NCBI GenBank assembly: GCA_947626765.1
Contig: CANQTQ010000004.1
Coordinates: 3,502-67,501, forward strand
Source: an uncultured Clostridia bacterium
GTDB taxonomy: Bacteria; Bacillota; Clostridia; TANB77; CAG-508
Direction: 5' to 3'
DNA length: 64,000 bases
The notes beneath the pieces are model-generated. The model saw only the letters and a list, made by a program, of their open reading frames with translations. It searched no databases and was not told the DNA's origin. The translations under genes were made by a program, and so were the position numbers. Positions 47,906 through 58,245 of the stretch are shown here, one piece after another; the first letter of the stretch is position 1, and every line of letters starts with the position of its first letter.

Positions 47906-49333
47906 ATGATACAAAATGTTAAATTAGACTTTAAACATAGTAAATTAACTGAAAAAGATTTCATGCAATATGCAGAAGAAGTAGCTCAGGCACATGATGA
48001 ATTACATAAAAAAAGTAAAGATAAAAAAGAGCCTTTAGGTTGGCTTGAATGGCCTACAAAATATGATAAAAGAGAACTTGAAAAATTAAAAAAAGCTGCT
48101 AAAAAAATACAAAGTGATTCAGAAGTATTACTAGTTATAGGAATAGGTGGCTCATATTTAGGAGCAAGAGCTGTAATAGAAGCCTTAACACATACATTTT
48201 ATAATTATCTTCCAAAAGAACAAAGAAAAACTCCTCAAATTTTATATGTAGGAAATAATTTAAGTCCAAATTATATAAATGACATAATTGACTTAATAGG
48301 TAATAGAGATTTATCTATTAATGTAATTTCAAAATCTGGAACTACTACAGAACCAGCAATAGCATTTCGTATATTTAGAGAATTATTAGAAAATAAATAT
48401 GGTCTAAAAGAAGCTAAGAAAAGAATATATGTTACAACAGATAAAAAAGATGGTGCATTAAAACAAATTGCAGACCAAGAAGACTATACTACTTTTGTAA
48501 TACCAAGTAACATAGGCGGAAGATATTCTGTTTTAACACCAGTAGGTTTACTTCCAATAGCAGTCTCTGGAATAGATATAGATAAATTGCTAGAGGGAGC
48601 TAGATTTGCTGAAGAAAAATATTTAGACAAAAACTTAAAATATAATGACTGCTACAAATATGCAGTAATTAGAAATATGCTTTATAAAAATCAAAAAGGT
48701 GTAGAAATTTTAGTAAGTTATGAGCCAAAATTACATTATATTATTGAATGGTGGAAGCAACTTTTTGGCGAAAGTGAAGGAAAAGGTGGAAAAGGAATTT
48801 ACCCAACAGGAGCAGAATTTACTACAGACCTTCATTCATTAGGTCAATATATTCAAGAAGGAAGAAGAATTTTATTTGAAACAACAATTAACATTAAAGA
48901 ATCAGCAACAGATATAAAAATAAATCAAGATGAAGATAACTTAGATGAGCTTAATTATTTAACAAATAAAGGATTAGATGAAATTAATAAAAAAGCAATG
49001 GAAGGTGTTATAAAAGCACATGAAGATGGAGATGTTCCAAACCTTATAATTACAATGGACAAATTAAATGAATATAATCTAGGACACTTAATCTACTTTT
49101 TTGAACTAGCTTGTGCAATGTCTGGAACACTACTAGGAGTTAACCCATTTAATCAACCTGGTGTAGAAAAATATAAATCAAATATGTTTGAATTATTAGG
49201 AAAGCCTCAAAAAATTAAAGAAAGTAGCAAGAAAGAATCAAAAGCTAAAAAGGAAACTAAATCTAGTAAAGAAGAAAAAATAAAAAAAGTATCTAAACCA
49301 ACTAAAGAAGAGAAAGTAAAAAAAAGAAAATAA
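47906..49333 (+). CDS. pgi: Glucose-6-phosphate isomerase with a Lys/Glu/Ser-rich C-terminal tail
   Basis: [24 protein letters not shown] and FGESEGKG motifs. About 45 extra C-terminal residues ([18 protein letters not shown]...KVKKRK). Confidence 0.9.
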   Translation: MIQNVKLDFKHSKLTEKDFMQYAEEVAQAHDELHKKSKDKKEPLGWLEWPTKYDKRELEKLKKAAKKIQSDSEVLLVIGIGGSYLGARAVIEALTHTFYNYLPKEQRKTPQILYVGNNLSPNYINDIIDLIGNRDLSINVISKSGTTTEPAIAFRIFRELLENKYGLKEAKKRIYVTTDKKDGALKQIADQEDYTTFVIPSNIGGRYSVLTPVGLLPIAVSGIDIDKLLEGARFAEEKYLDKNLKYNDCYKYAVIRNMLYKNQKGVEILVSYEPKLHYIIEWWKQLFGESEGKGGKGIYPTGAEFTTDLHSLGQYIQEGRRILFETTINIKESATDIKINQDEDNLDELNYLTNKGLDEINKKAMEGVIKAHEDGDVPNLIITMDKLNEYNLGHLIYFFELACAMSGTLLGVNPFNQPGVEKYKSNMFELLGKPQKIKESSKKESKAKKETKSSKEEKIKKVSKPTKEEKVKKRK

Positions 49334-49453
49334 ACAAGTGCATTTTTAACTAATTTGCAATATTATGTAAAATATGATATAATTAAACTGCAATTTAATT
49401 TGCAATAAATAATGGCTAGTAATACTAGTCAAAAAAGGAGTTGAAAAAGACAT

Positions 49454-49831
49454 ATGGTAAAGCACTACATGGAAGTTCGGTATGAGAGCATAGTAGGCAA
49501 ATCTTACTTCTATGAAAAAGAAGTGGAGGTTTGCGGAACTCACGATAATCCCATTCCGGACGGCAGTAGCGGCGTGAGATTTTTCGATTGCGATGTCATA
49601 GTCATTAATGGCCATGAGGTAAAAAGCGAAAAATTCAACAAGACTGGCTGGACTTATGTTGGCAAAAAAATGACTCTTGACGATGCAAAAAAAAGCGAAA
49701 TAATCTCACCTGAGCAGTACAAAAACTATTCATCTTTTGGCCACCACATTGTTGTAGTCACCGAAGAAGGAAGAGTTATTCCTTTGTGGGCAAAAGACAA
49801 TGTGGTTGAAAAAAGATGCACCGTCGCTTAA
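49454..49831 (+). CDS. Hypothetical 125-aa protein with atypical (GC-richer) composition
   Basis: RBS aaaggag; promoter TTGCAA, 17 nt spacer, TATAAT upstream. Many G/C-ending codons, including in-frame CGG 49478-80. Strong GC-stem terminator downstream. Confidence 0.6.
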   Translation: MVKHYMEVRYESIVGKSYFYEKEVEVCGTHDNPIPDGSSGVRFFDCDVIVINGHEVKSEKFNKTGWTYVGKKMTLDDAKKSEIISPEQYKNYSSFGHHIVVVTEEGRVIPLWAKDNVVEKRCTVA

Positions 49832-49837
49832 CTCCAA

Positions 49838-49881
49838 AAAACAAATCCCAAGATACGAATTGTGTCTTGGGATTTGTTTTA
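49838..49881. terminator. Bidirectional terminator between convergent genes
   Basis: aaacaaatcccaaga...tcttgggatttgttt, a 15-bp stem. Confidence 0.75.
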
Positions 49882-49885
49882 AAAA

Positions 49886-50602
49886 TTATTTAAAACTTTG
49901 TGGTTGCTCTTTTATAAGTTCATCTGCCTGTTCTTGTGATAAATAGCCATTTTCCACCATTGTTGAAATAACTTTTCTTTGTCTATTTAAAGTTAATTCA
50001 AAATTAGCTGTAGGAGCATAAACACTAGGAGCATTTGGAATTCCTGCCATCATTGTTGCCTCATATAATGTCATTTTACTAGGAGACTTTTCTAAATAGC
50101 CATCGCACGCTTCTTTAATTCCATAATATCCATCTCCAAAATAAATAGTATTAACATAGAATTCTAAAATATCATCTTTTTCATAAGATTTTTCTAAATC
50201 ATAAGCCATAAATACTTCTGCAATTTTTCTATATGCAGGATTACTATCAGTAGCAATAAAATATAAATTTTTAGCAACTTGTTGTGTAATTGTGCTTCCG
50301 CCTTCTAAAAAATCAGCATGTATTACATTAGTTAAAACAGCTCTCATAATTGCAATAACATCAATAGGACCATGCTCATAAAAACGTCTATCTTCTACTG
50401 AAATAACAGCATTTTTGTAGCTATCTGGTAAATCTTCAATTTTTACATAACTATCATCTGTTTTTATTTTTTCAATTTTATCTTCTAAACTAATACTTTT
50501 TAAAGCATCTTTATATAAACTATGACCTTTATAAATAACAAATCCTGCTAAAATTATTACAATAACTAAAAGAATTAATAAAATTTTTTTAATTAATTTC
50601 AT
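49886..50602 (-). CDS. Monofunctional peptidoglycan glycosyltransferase (GT51)
   Basis: N-terminal TM; ISVEDRRFYEH, GGSTITQQ and RKIAE motifs. No transpeptidase domain. Confidence 0.85.
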   Translation of the reverse strand: MKLIKKILLILLVIVIILAGFVIYKGHSLYKDALKSISLEDKIEKIKTDDSYVKIEDLPDSYKNAVISVEDRRFYEHGPIDVIAIMRAVLTNVIHADFLEGGSTITQQVAKNLYFIATDSNPAYRKIAEVFMAYDLEKSYEKDDILEFYVNTIYFGDGYYGIKEACDGYLEKSPSKMTLYEATMMAGIPNAPSVYAPTANFELTLNRQRKVISTMVENGYLSQEQADELIKEQPQSFK

Positions 50603-50779
50603 AAATTTTTACCTTTCATTATTAGTTTTATTCTTAAATTTATTATACCTTTTTTTTATAATAAAATCTATTAAAGTTTTATTAAATTTTAACAAAATAA
50701 TTTTAATATTGCTTGACATATTAAGCAAGTTATCGGTATAATTTTTGAAGAAATAATTATTAATTTTAGGTGAGTTAAA

Positions 50780-52051
50780 TTGGAAATTACAAAAGAAGAA
50801 AAAAATATACATTTATATCCCATTTATAAAATGTTATCGTGGGATTTATTATTCTATTATTCAATTAATTTCCTTTTTTTTACACAGGTAAAAAATATTA
50901 GTGCAGCCGATGTTTTACTAGGGGAAGCTTTATATCCAATTTTTAAATCTGTTCTTTTAATGCCACTAACCGCTTTAATTACAAAAATAGGTAAAAGAAA
51001 AAGCATAATTATAGCAAATTTAGTAAATGCTTTTTCTATTTTAAGCTATATAATTGCTCAAAATTTTGCTTATGTTATAATAGGGCAATTTTTATCGGCA
51101 ATTGCTTTTGACTTAAAAGGATTAGCAGAAACTAATTTATTATATGATAGTTTGCCAAGAGATGAAAAAAGAGGAAGTCAATTTTCTAAAATAGATGGAA
51201 AAGGAACTTCATGGTATTATTATGCAGATGCTATAACTACTCTTGCTTCTGGATTTTTATTTATAATAAATGGCTATATACCATTTATATTGTGCTTTAT
51301 ATCTTGCATAATTTCTACCGTTTTATCATTTAAATTTAGTGATATAAAAAAAGAATATGTACAAGAAGAAAACATCAATTTTAAAACATATATAAGAGAT
51401 TTAAAATATTCATTTAAATATATGCTACAATCTAACAGATTACGATATTTAATAATATTAGGTGGAACTTTCTGGGGCTTTTTATCTACATTAGTTAGTT
51501 TAAGAACAGGTTTATTAAAACAAATAGGAGTATCAGAACAATATATTGGAATTATATTTGCAGTACTTGGAATTATATCTGGAATTACAGCTAAAAATCA
51601 AAATAGAATACATAATTTATATAGAAACAAAACACTTTCATATTTAACTGTGCCAGCATCAATTTCTTGTATTTTTATAGGCTTCATTGTTGCATGCAAC
51701 TTCTCTTTTGAAATAACATTAATACTTATTTTAGTAATGTTTTTAATACAATTTATAGCAAAAGGACCTTTCTTTACCTTAATTAGAAGATATTTAAATA
51801 ACTTTACAACATCTTCATTAAGAAATAAAATTATATCATCATATAATTTAGTAGAAAGCATAATGAGGGCTATAATATCACTTTTAGCATCATTCTTATT
51901 AAGAATTACTAATTCTTCTAATGCAATACTTGTAATAGGCTGTGTAGTAACAATTATAGTTGTATTACTACTTGATAAAATGCGTGGAAAGGTAGGTTTA
52001 AAGCCAGAAGAATATAGTAAAAAAGAAATAGAATTTTTAGAAATAAAATAA
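50780..52051 (+). CDS. MFS-type transporter
   Basis: About 12 hydrophobic segments; 423 aa. TTG start after promoter TTGACA...TATAAT. Confidence 0.6.
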   Translation: MEITKEEKNIHLYPIYKMLSWDLLFYYSINFLFFTQVKNISAADVLLGEALYPIFKSVLLMPLTALITKIGKRKSIIIANLVNAFSILSYIIAQNFAYVIIGQFLSAIAFDLKGLAETNLLYDSLPRDEKRGSQFSKIDGKGTSWYYYADAITTLASGFLFIINGYIPFILCFISCIISTVLSFKFSDIKKEYVQEENINFKTYIRDLKYSFKYMLQSNRLRYLIILGGTFWGFLSTLVSLRTGLLKQIGVSEQYIGIIFAVLGIISGITAKNQNRIHNLYRNKTLSYLTVPASISCIFIGFIVACNFSFEITLILILVMFLIQFIAKGPFFTLIRRYLNNFTTSSLRNKIISSYNLVESIMRAIISLLASFLLRITNSSNAILVIGCVVTIIVVLLLDKMRGKVGLKPEEYSKKEIEFLEIK

Positions 52052-52144
52052 TTTAAAAATTAATTGACAAATTTATTAAGTTAATAGATAATAAAGTTAA
52101 TAAAACAAAAGATCATAATAAAATTACCAAGGAGGAAAAATACT

Positions 52145-54709
52145 ATGTATGTATTTAACCATATTACAGTAAATCCACAACTACCAAAGAGAATAGAAAA
52201 GCTATATGAAATTAGCTATAATTTATGGTGGTCATGGAATACAGAATTTTTAAGATTATTTAAAAAAATAGACATCGATTTATGGGAAAGAATAGATAAA
52301 AATCCAGTTAAATTTTTAAGATTGGTAACTCAAGAAAAAATAGAACAAGCTGCACAAGACATAGAATTCTTAAAAGCTTATGACAAAGTTGTAGAAAACT
52401 ATGAAAACTATATGAAAAGCAAAAACACATGGTTTGCAAAGAAATATCCAGATAACCGTACAGATTTAATTGCATATTTTTCAGCAGAATATGGCTTAGA
52501 CCAAACTTTACCAATATATTCTGGAGGCCTTGGAATTTTATCAGGAGATCACCTAAAATCTGCAAGTGATTTAGGTGTTCCCTTAGTAGCAGTAGGCTTA
52601 TTATATAAAAATGGTTATTTTAATCAAAAAATTAATGGTAGCGGAATACAACAAACAGAATATTATGATATAGATGTAGATAATTTACCATTAAAAAGTG
52701 TAAAAGATATAGAAGATAAAGACATTATTGTAGCAATTCAATTTCCTAAGAAAAAGCTATATTTAAAGGCATGGAAAATTAATGTAGGAAGGGTAGACTT
52801 ATATTTATTAGATTCAGATATAGAAGAAAACTTACCAGAATATAGAGATATTACTAAAACACTTTATGGTGGAGACCAAGAAATGAGAATAAAACAAGAA
52901 ATTGCACTTGGTCAAGGTGGTGTGGCACTTCTAAAAGCCTTAGGACTAAAGCCAACAGTATACCATATGAATGAAGGACATTCATCTTTCTTAATATTAG
53001 AATTAATATATACTTTAATGAAAGAAAAGAAAATATCATTTAACTTAGCAAGAGACATAGTCTCTTCTAAAACTGTATTTACAACACATACACCAGTTCC
53101 AGCTGGAAATGATATTTTCCCACTTAGTTTAGTAGAAAAATATTTTAAAGATTTTTGGGATAAACTAGGAATTTCAAAACAAGAATTTTTTGCAATGGGA
53201 ATGAAGCCTAATGCAACTTTAGATAGTGGATTTAATATGGGAATTTTGGCATTAAAAGTAGCTGGAAAGAAAAACGGAGTAAGCCGTCTTCATGGAGCAG
53301 TTTCAAGAGAGCTATTTGGAGAGGTATGGCCAGAAATAGCAGCAAATGAATCTCCTATTACTTATGTAACAAATGGAATTCACACATGTTCTTGGATTGC
53401 ACCAACACTTAAAAACTTATATAATAAATATTTAATACCATATTGGCAAGATAGAATTTATGATGATGAAGTATGGAAAAAGATTGCAGACATTCCAAAT
53501 AATGAATTATGGAAGGCTCACCAAGAACGCAAAGAAAAAATGCTATCTGTTGTAAGTCAAAACACAATAGATCGTTTAAGAAGAAGTGGTTACCCATATA
53601 ATGAAATTATGCAAATAGTATCAAAATTAGATCCTAATGCATTAACAATAGGCTTTTCTAGAAGATTTGCTACTTATAAAAGGGCAACATTAATATTTAA
53701 AGACCTAGAAAGAATTACACAAATATTAAATAATCAAAATCGTAAAGTTCAAATTATATTTGCAGGAAAAGCACACCCCGCAGACAAAGAAGGTCAAGAC
53801 TTAATAAAATATATTCATGAAATATCAATGAAACCACAATTTAAAGGAAAAGTTTTTTTACTTGAAAATTATAATATTGCAATGTCAAGATACTTAATTA
53901 GTGGCGTAGATATTTGGCTAAATAACCCAAGAAGACCAATGGAGGCTTCTGGTACTAGCGGACAAAAGGCATCTGTTAATGGTGTAATTAACTTTAGCGT
54001 ATTAGATGGTTGGTGGGCAGAAGGCTACAACAGTAAAAATGGTTGGACAATAGGAACTAATGCTGAATATTCAGATTATGAAACTCAAGATATTGCAGAT
54101 AGTCAAAGTATTTATAATACATTAGAAAACAAAATTATTCCAATGTATTATGATAAATGCGACCAAGGCTATTCTGAAAGATGGCTTGAATATATGAAAG
54201 AATCTATTATATCAACAGGTGGAAAATTTAGCACTTCTAGAATGCTTACAGACTATGTAGATAAATTATATATTCCATTATGCAATTTATACAATAACTA
54301 TTATACCGATTTAGAAAAAGTTGGTCAGTTTAATAATTGGAAAGAAAATTTATATAATAATTGGAACAAAATAGAAATTTCGCAAGAAAACAATTTAGAT
54401 AATATTACAATAGATGCAGGAAACAATATAGAAGTAAAATGCAAAGTAAAGCTTCCAAACATTGAAGAAAAGCATATTGAAGCACAAGTATATTATGGAA
54501 AAATAGATGAAAATGGTGTAGTAGATGATATTACTATTATACCAATGGAATTAGAAAGCGCAGATGAAGAAAATAGAACATATACTTATAAAGCAAAAGT
54601 TAACTTGGTAAATGGAGGAAATTATGGTTATACTTTTAGAGTAATGCCAAAACATGAAATGATAATTGACTCTGAAAACTTAAATTTAGTAAAATGGATT
54701 ACAAAATAA
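52145..54709 (+). CDS. glgP: Alpha-glucan (maltodextrin/glycogen) phosphorylase, GT35, long form
   Basis: GGLGILSGDHLKSASDLG, and EASGTSGQKA around the PLP lysine; 854 aa. Confidence 0.85.
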   Translation: MYVFNHITVNPQLPKRIEKLYEISYNLWWSWNTEFLRLFKKIDIDLWERIDKNPVKFLRLVTQEKIEQAAQDIEFLKAYDKVVENYENYMKSKNTWFAKKYPDNRTDLIAYFSAEYGLDQTLPIYSGGLGILSGDHLKSASDLGVPLVAVGLLYKNGYFNQKINGSGIQQTEYYDIDVDNLPLKSVKDIEDKDIIVAIQFPKKKLYLKAWKINVGRVDLYLLDSDIEENLPEYRDITKTLYGGDQEMRIKQEIALGQGGVALLKALGLKPTVYHMNEGHSSFLILELIYTLMKEKKISFNLARDIVSSKTVFTTHTPVPAGNDIFPLSLVEKYFKDFWDKLGISKQEFFAMGMKPNATLDSGFNMGILALKVAGKKNGVSRLHGAVSRELFGEVWPEIAANESPITYVTNGIHTCSWIAPTLKNLYNKYLIPYWQDRIYDDEVWKKIADIPNNELWKAHQERKEKMLSVVSQNTIDRLRRSGYPYNEIMQIVSKLDPNALTIGFSRRFATYKRATLIFKDLERITQILNNQNRKVQIIFAGKAHPADKEGQDLIKYIHEISMKPQFKGKVFLLENYNIAMSRYLISGVDIWLNNPRRPMEASGTSGQKASVNGVINFSVLDGWWAEGYNSKNGWTIGTNAEYSDYETQDIADSQSIYNTLENKIIPMYYDKCDQGYSERWLEYMKESIISTGGKFSTSRMLTDYVDKLYIPLCNLYNNYYTDLEKVGQFNNWKENLYNNWNKIEISQENNLDNITIDAGNNIEVKCKVKLPNIEEKHIEAQVYYGKIDENGVVDDITIIPMELESADEENRTYTYKAKVNLVNGGNYGYTFRVMPKHEMIIDSENLNLVKWITK

Positions 54710-54773
54710 TTAAACAGGGCGGAAGCATCCGCCCTTACTTAAGTTTAAAAGCTAGAAAGGGTGGTTTTAAAAA

Positions 54774-56207
54774 ATGAAAAAAACAAAAATAATTTGTACA
54801 TTAGGTCCAGCAGTAGATGACCAAAAAGTTTTAGAAAGACTAATTTTAGCAGGAATGGATGTTGCTAGAATAAATTTTTCACATGGTAATTACCAAGATC
54901 AAGAAAGTAGAATTGAAACTTTAAAAAGAGCAAGAGAAGCAGTAGGAAAATCTGTAGCGTTATTATTAGATACTAAAGGTCCTGAAATTAGAATTGGAAA
55001 ATTTGAAAATGATGGAATAGACTTAAACCCAGGAGACATTTTTACTTTAGTAAATGAAGATATTTTAGGAAACAAAGATAAGGTGTCTATTACTTATAAA
55101 AACTTATACAATGAAGTAAACATTGGAACTAATATTTTAATTAATGATGGTATTATTAAAATAGAAGTAATAGAAATTAAAGGAACAGATATTGTATGCA
55201 GGGTTATTGATGGTGGACATTTAACAAATACAAAAAGCATTAATATACCAGGAATGGCAATTAATTTGCCAAGTCCAACAGAAAAAGATGTAGAAGACAT
55301 TGTATTTGGTATTAAAGCAGGATTTGACTATATTGCAGCATCTTTTGTACGCAGTAAGCAAGATGTTTTAAACATTAGAAAAGTGCTAGAAAAAAATGGT
55401 GGAGAACATATTAAAATAATATCTAAAATTGAAAATAGACAAGGAATAGATAATTTTGATAGTATTTTAGAAGTATCAGATGGAATTATGGTAGCAAGAG
55501 GAGATTTAGGTGTAGAAATTCCTATGGAGGAAGTTCCAATATACCAAAAAGAATTTATTAACAAATGTAATAAGGCAGGAAAACCAGTTGTAATAGCAAC
55601 GCAAATGTTAGAATCTATGATTCATAATCCAAGACCAACAAGAGCAGAAGTAAGTGATGTTGCAAATGCTGTATACGATATGGCAAGCTGTATAATGCTT
55701 TCAGGCGAATCTGCAATGGGAGAGTATCCTATTGAATGTGTAGAAACAATGGTTAGAATTAGTAAAGCTATAGAAGGTTCTATTAAATATTGGAAAAGAT
55801 TTAAAACAAAAGAACATAACTGCGAAAACACAGACTATGAATATAATTTAAATTATTCAACTTGCTTAACAGCAATGGACTTAAATGCAAAAGCAATATT
55901 TTGCTACACAGATACAGGTAGAACTGCAAAAATGATAGCAGGCTTCATGCCAGAATGCCCAATTTATGTAATTACATCTAATAAACAAGTAGAAAAGCAA
56001 TTATCTTTAGTATGGAATACGTACACAATTTTAGTAGCTCAAAAAGAAAGCATAGATGACATGATAGATGATGGAATAAAACTTGCTAAAGAAAGAAGCT
56101 ACATTAATGATGGAGACATTGTTGTAATTGCAGGTGGAGCCTCAATTTTAGCAGGTCATAAACATGCTAAATTAAATAAAACTATTGGCGGAGTTCTAAA
56201 GGTGTAA
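54774..56207 (+). CDS. pyk: Pyruvate kinase
   Basis: KIICTLGPA, NFSHG, MVARGDLGVEIP and ATQMLESM motifs. Confidence 0.95.
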   Translation: MKKTKIICTLGPAVDDQKVLERLILAGMDVARINFSHGNYQDQESRIETLKRAREAVGKSVALLLDTKGPEIRIGKFENDGIDLNPGDIFTLVNEDILGNKDKVSITYKNLYNEVNIGTNILINDGIIKIEVIEIKGTDIVCRVIDGGHLTNTKSINIPGMAINLPSPTEKDVEDIVFGIKAGFDYIAASFVRSKQDVLNIRKVLEKNGGEHIKIISKIENRQGIDNFDSILEVSDGIMVARGDLGVEIPMEEVPIYQKEFINKCNKAGKPVVIATQMLESMIHNPRPTRAEVSDVANAVYDMASCIMLSGESAMGEYPIECVETMVRISKAIEGSIKYWKRFKTKEHNCENTDYEYNLNYSTCLTAMDLNAKAIFCYTDTGRTAKMIAGFMPECPIYVITSNKQVEKQLSLVWNTYTILVAQKESIDDMIDDGIKLAKERSYINDGDIVVIAGGASILAGHKHAKLNKTIGGVLKV

Positions 56208-56286
56208 TTTTAATTAGTATTAAGCACAAATCCTCATATTTTGTCATATTATGTAGTATAAACAAAAATAAGGAGGAAAAGAAAAC

Positions 56287-56667
56287 ATGTTTAATCGTTA
56301 TAGAAGATGTTGCTGCCAAAATAACTATAACCCAGAAGTAATAGAAAGCTTATGTAAAAATGTTGGTACTTGTGCTGAATATGAAGATGTAAATAATTCT
56401 GGATGCGGATGTGGATGTATGCAAAATATGCAAACAAACTGTGGCTGCGGTTTTGATGATGAAGCAAGTGCGTTTCCATCAAACCCAATGTTAGCACAAA
56501 GCTATGTTCCTGTTCAAGAAATGAATAAAACATTTACTCCAAAATGTGGTTTGAAAATGGGAACTATTTTTCCAGAACTAGTAAGCCCTTATGTTCCAGG
56601 TCAAAGTATGGCAGAAATTGAATATCTAAAAAATTCAAACGAAATTGGGGAGGGATGTAACAGATGA
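56287..56667 (+). CDS. cotJA: Spore coat-associated protein CotJA
   Basis: AQSYVPVQEMNKTFTPKCGLKMGTIFPELVSPY core. First gene of the cotJABC operon. Confidence 0.8.
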   Translation: MFNRYRRCCCQNNYNPEVIESLCKNVGTCAEYEDVNNSGCGCGCMQNMQTNCGCGFDDEASAFPSNPMLAQSYVPVQEMNKTFTPKCGLKMGTIFPELVSPYVPGQSMAEIEYLKNSNEIGEGCNR

Positions 56668-57068
56668 TGAACAATAGTAATATGTTTGGTGGATGTAGCG
56701 ATTCAATTACAAATTGTAATTGCAATTACACTCCTCAAGGAATAAATGCAGCATTTGGATATAATACAGAAAATGAAGCAAAAGATACAGACTGTGGATG
56801 TATGCAAAATAATGACAATATGGAAACAAGACAAGAAATGCTAAATAAAATTAGAAGCTTAAATTTTGCTATAGTTGAACTTGGTGAATATTTAGATACT
56901 CATCCAGATGACAGAAAAGCTCTATGTCTACACAGAGAATATACTAACCAATATAGAGAATTAACAGATAATTATCAAAAAGTTTATGGACCACTTACTA
57001 TTCATTTCCCATGTAATAAATGGAGATGGCTAGAAGAACCATGGCCATGGGAAGGAGGAATGTGTTAA
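56664..57068 (+). CDS. cotJB: Spore coat protein CotJB
   Basis: LNFAIVELGEYLDTHPDD..YTNQYRELTDNYQKVYGPL. Its start overlaps the cotJA stop (ATGA). Confidence 0.85.
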   Translation: MMNNSNMFGGCSDSITNCNCNYTPQGINAAFGYNTENEAKDTDCGCMQNNDNMETRQEMLNKIRSLNFAIVELGEYLDTHPDDRKALCLHREYTNQYRELTDNYQKVYGPLTIHFPCNKWRWLEEPWPWEGGMC

Positions 57069-57069
57069 T

Positions 57070-57714
57070 ATGTGGACATATAACAAAGTATTACAATACC
57101 CAATCAATATTAAATGCCCTAATGCAAAACTTGCAAAATTCATAATTTCACAATATGGTGGACCAGATGGAGAGCTTGCTGCATCACTTAGATATTTAAG
57201 TCAAAGATTTGGAATGCCAGATCAAAAATCTAAAGCTGTATTAAATGATATTGGTACAGAAGAATTAGCTCACTTAGAAATGGTTGGAACTATAGTACAC
57301 CAATTAACAGATGGACTATCAGCAGAAGAAATTAAAGCTGCAGGATTAGGAGATTATTATACAGATCACGGCGTAGATGTATATCCACAATCAGCAGCAG
57401 GAACACCATTTACAGCAGCATATATTGCATGTAAAGGAGATCCAATAGCTAACTTACAAGAAGATTTAGCAGCAGAGCAAAAAGCAAGAGCAACTTATGA
57501 AAAATTAATAGATTTATGCGCTGATGATCCAGATGTATTAGATCCACTTCGTTTCTTAAGACAAAGAGAAATTGTTCACTTCCAAAGATTTGGAGAAGCA
57601 CTTCGTGGAGTACAAGATAAGTTAGCAGAAAAAAGATTTTATATGAATAATATGAATTCTAACAGCAACAATAATAACAATGATAATGATTGTGGCTGTG
57701 AAAACAAAAACTAA
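57070..57714 (+). CDS. cotJC: Spore coat protein CotJC (Mn-catalase-like)
   Basis: QYGGPDGELAASLRYLSQRF...EELAHLEMVG...EIVHFQRFGEAL; Asn-rich tail. Confidence 0.9.
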   Translation: MWTYNKVLQYPINIKCPNAKLAKFIISQYGGPDGELAASLRYLSQRFGMPDQKSKAVLNDIGTEELAHLEMVGTIVHQLTDGLSAEEIKAAGLGDYYTDHGVDVYPQSAAGTPFTAAYIACKGDPIANLQEDLAAEQKARATYEKLIDLCADDPDVLDPLRFLRQREIVHFQRFGEALRGVQDKLAEKRFYMNNMNSNSNNNNNDNDCGCENKN

Positions 57715-57734
57715 ATAAATAGTGGTTATAAGTA

Positions 57735-57764
57735 AAAGAGCTATTTTTCCATAGCTCTTTTTTT
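57735..57764 (+). terminator. Terminator after cotJC
   Basis: aaagagctat / atagctcttt stem followed by a T-run. Confidence 0.75.
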
Positions 57765-57962
57765 GAGCTTTTGCAAAATTCGCTAAAAAGAATAATATTA
57801 TTTTACTGCTTGAAGAAATTTAAAAGGCTATAAGTATCAAAAAATACATAAAATTTGAAAAATGGCAGCAAATATGCTATAATATAAGTAGTTTCTTTTT
57901 ATAACTTCCGTGTAGGCATTATAAGAAAAACAACCAAAAATAATTTTTCGGAGGGAATCAAG

Positions 57963-58208
57963 TTGGCAAACAAGAAAACTTGCGAGGAAACTGTGGCTGC
58001 AATTTCTGTTTCAACAGAAATTGTAAATGAGGGCCGCATCCGGCAAACTGTGAAGATTACCTTTGAAAGTGGAAGAAGTTTCAAAAAAACTGAAATCCAC
58101 TACAAAGATTCTTCTACATGGTATGAAGACCTGGATCTTGGAGATGTGGTAACTGTTACTTATGGAAGTAACGGTACCATTACCAAAATCATCCGGGTAC
58201 ATGCATGA
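57963..58208 (+). CDS. Hypothetical 81-aa protein with atypical (GC-richer) composition
   Basis: TTG start after RBS ggaggg. Two in-frame CGG codons (58041-43, 58194-96). GC-stem terminator follows. Confidence 0.55.
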   Translation: MANKKTCEETVAAISVSTEIVNEGRIRQTVKITFESGRSFKKTEIHYKDSSTWYEDLDLGDVVTVTYGSNGTITKIIRVHA

Positions 58209-58213
58209 AACAA

Positions 58214-58245
58214 AAAGGCGGGAAAATTTTTCCCGCCTTTTTGTT
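58214..58245 (+). terminator. Rho-independent terminator
   Basis: aaaggcggga...tcccgccttt stem followed by a T-run. Confidence 0.8.
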
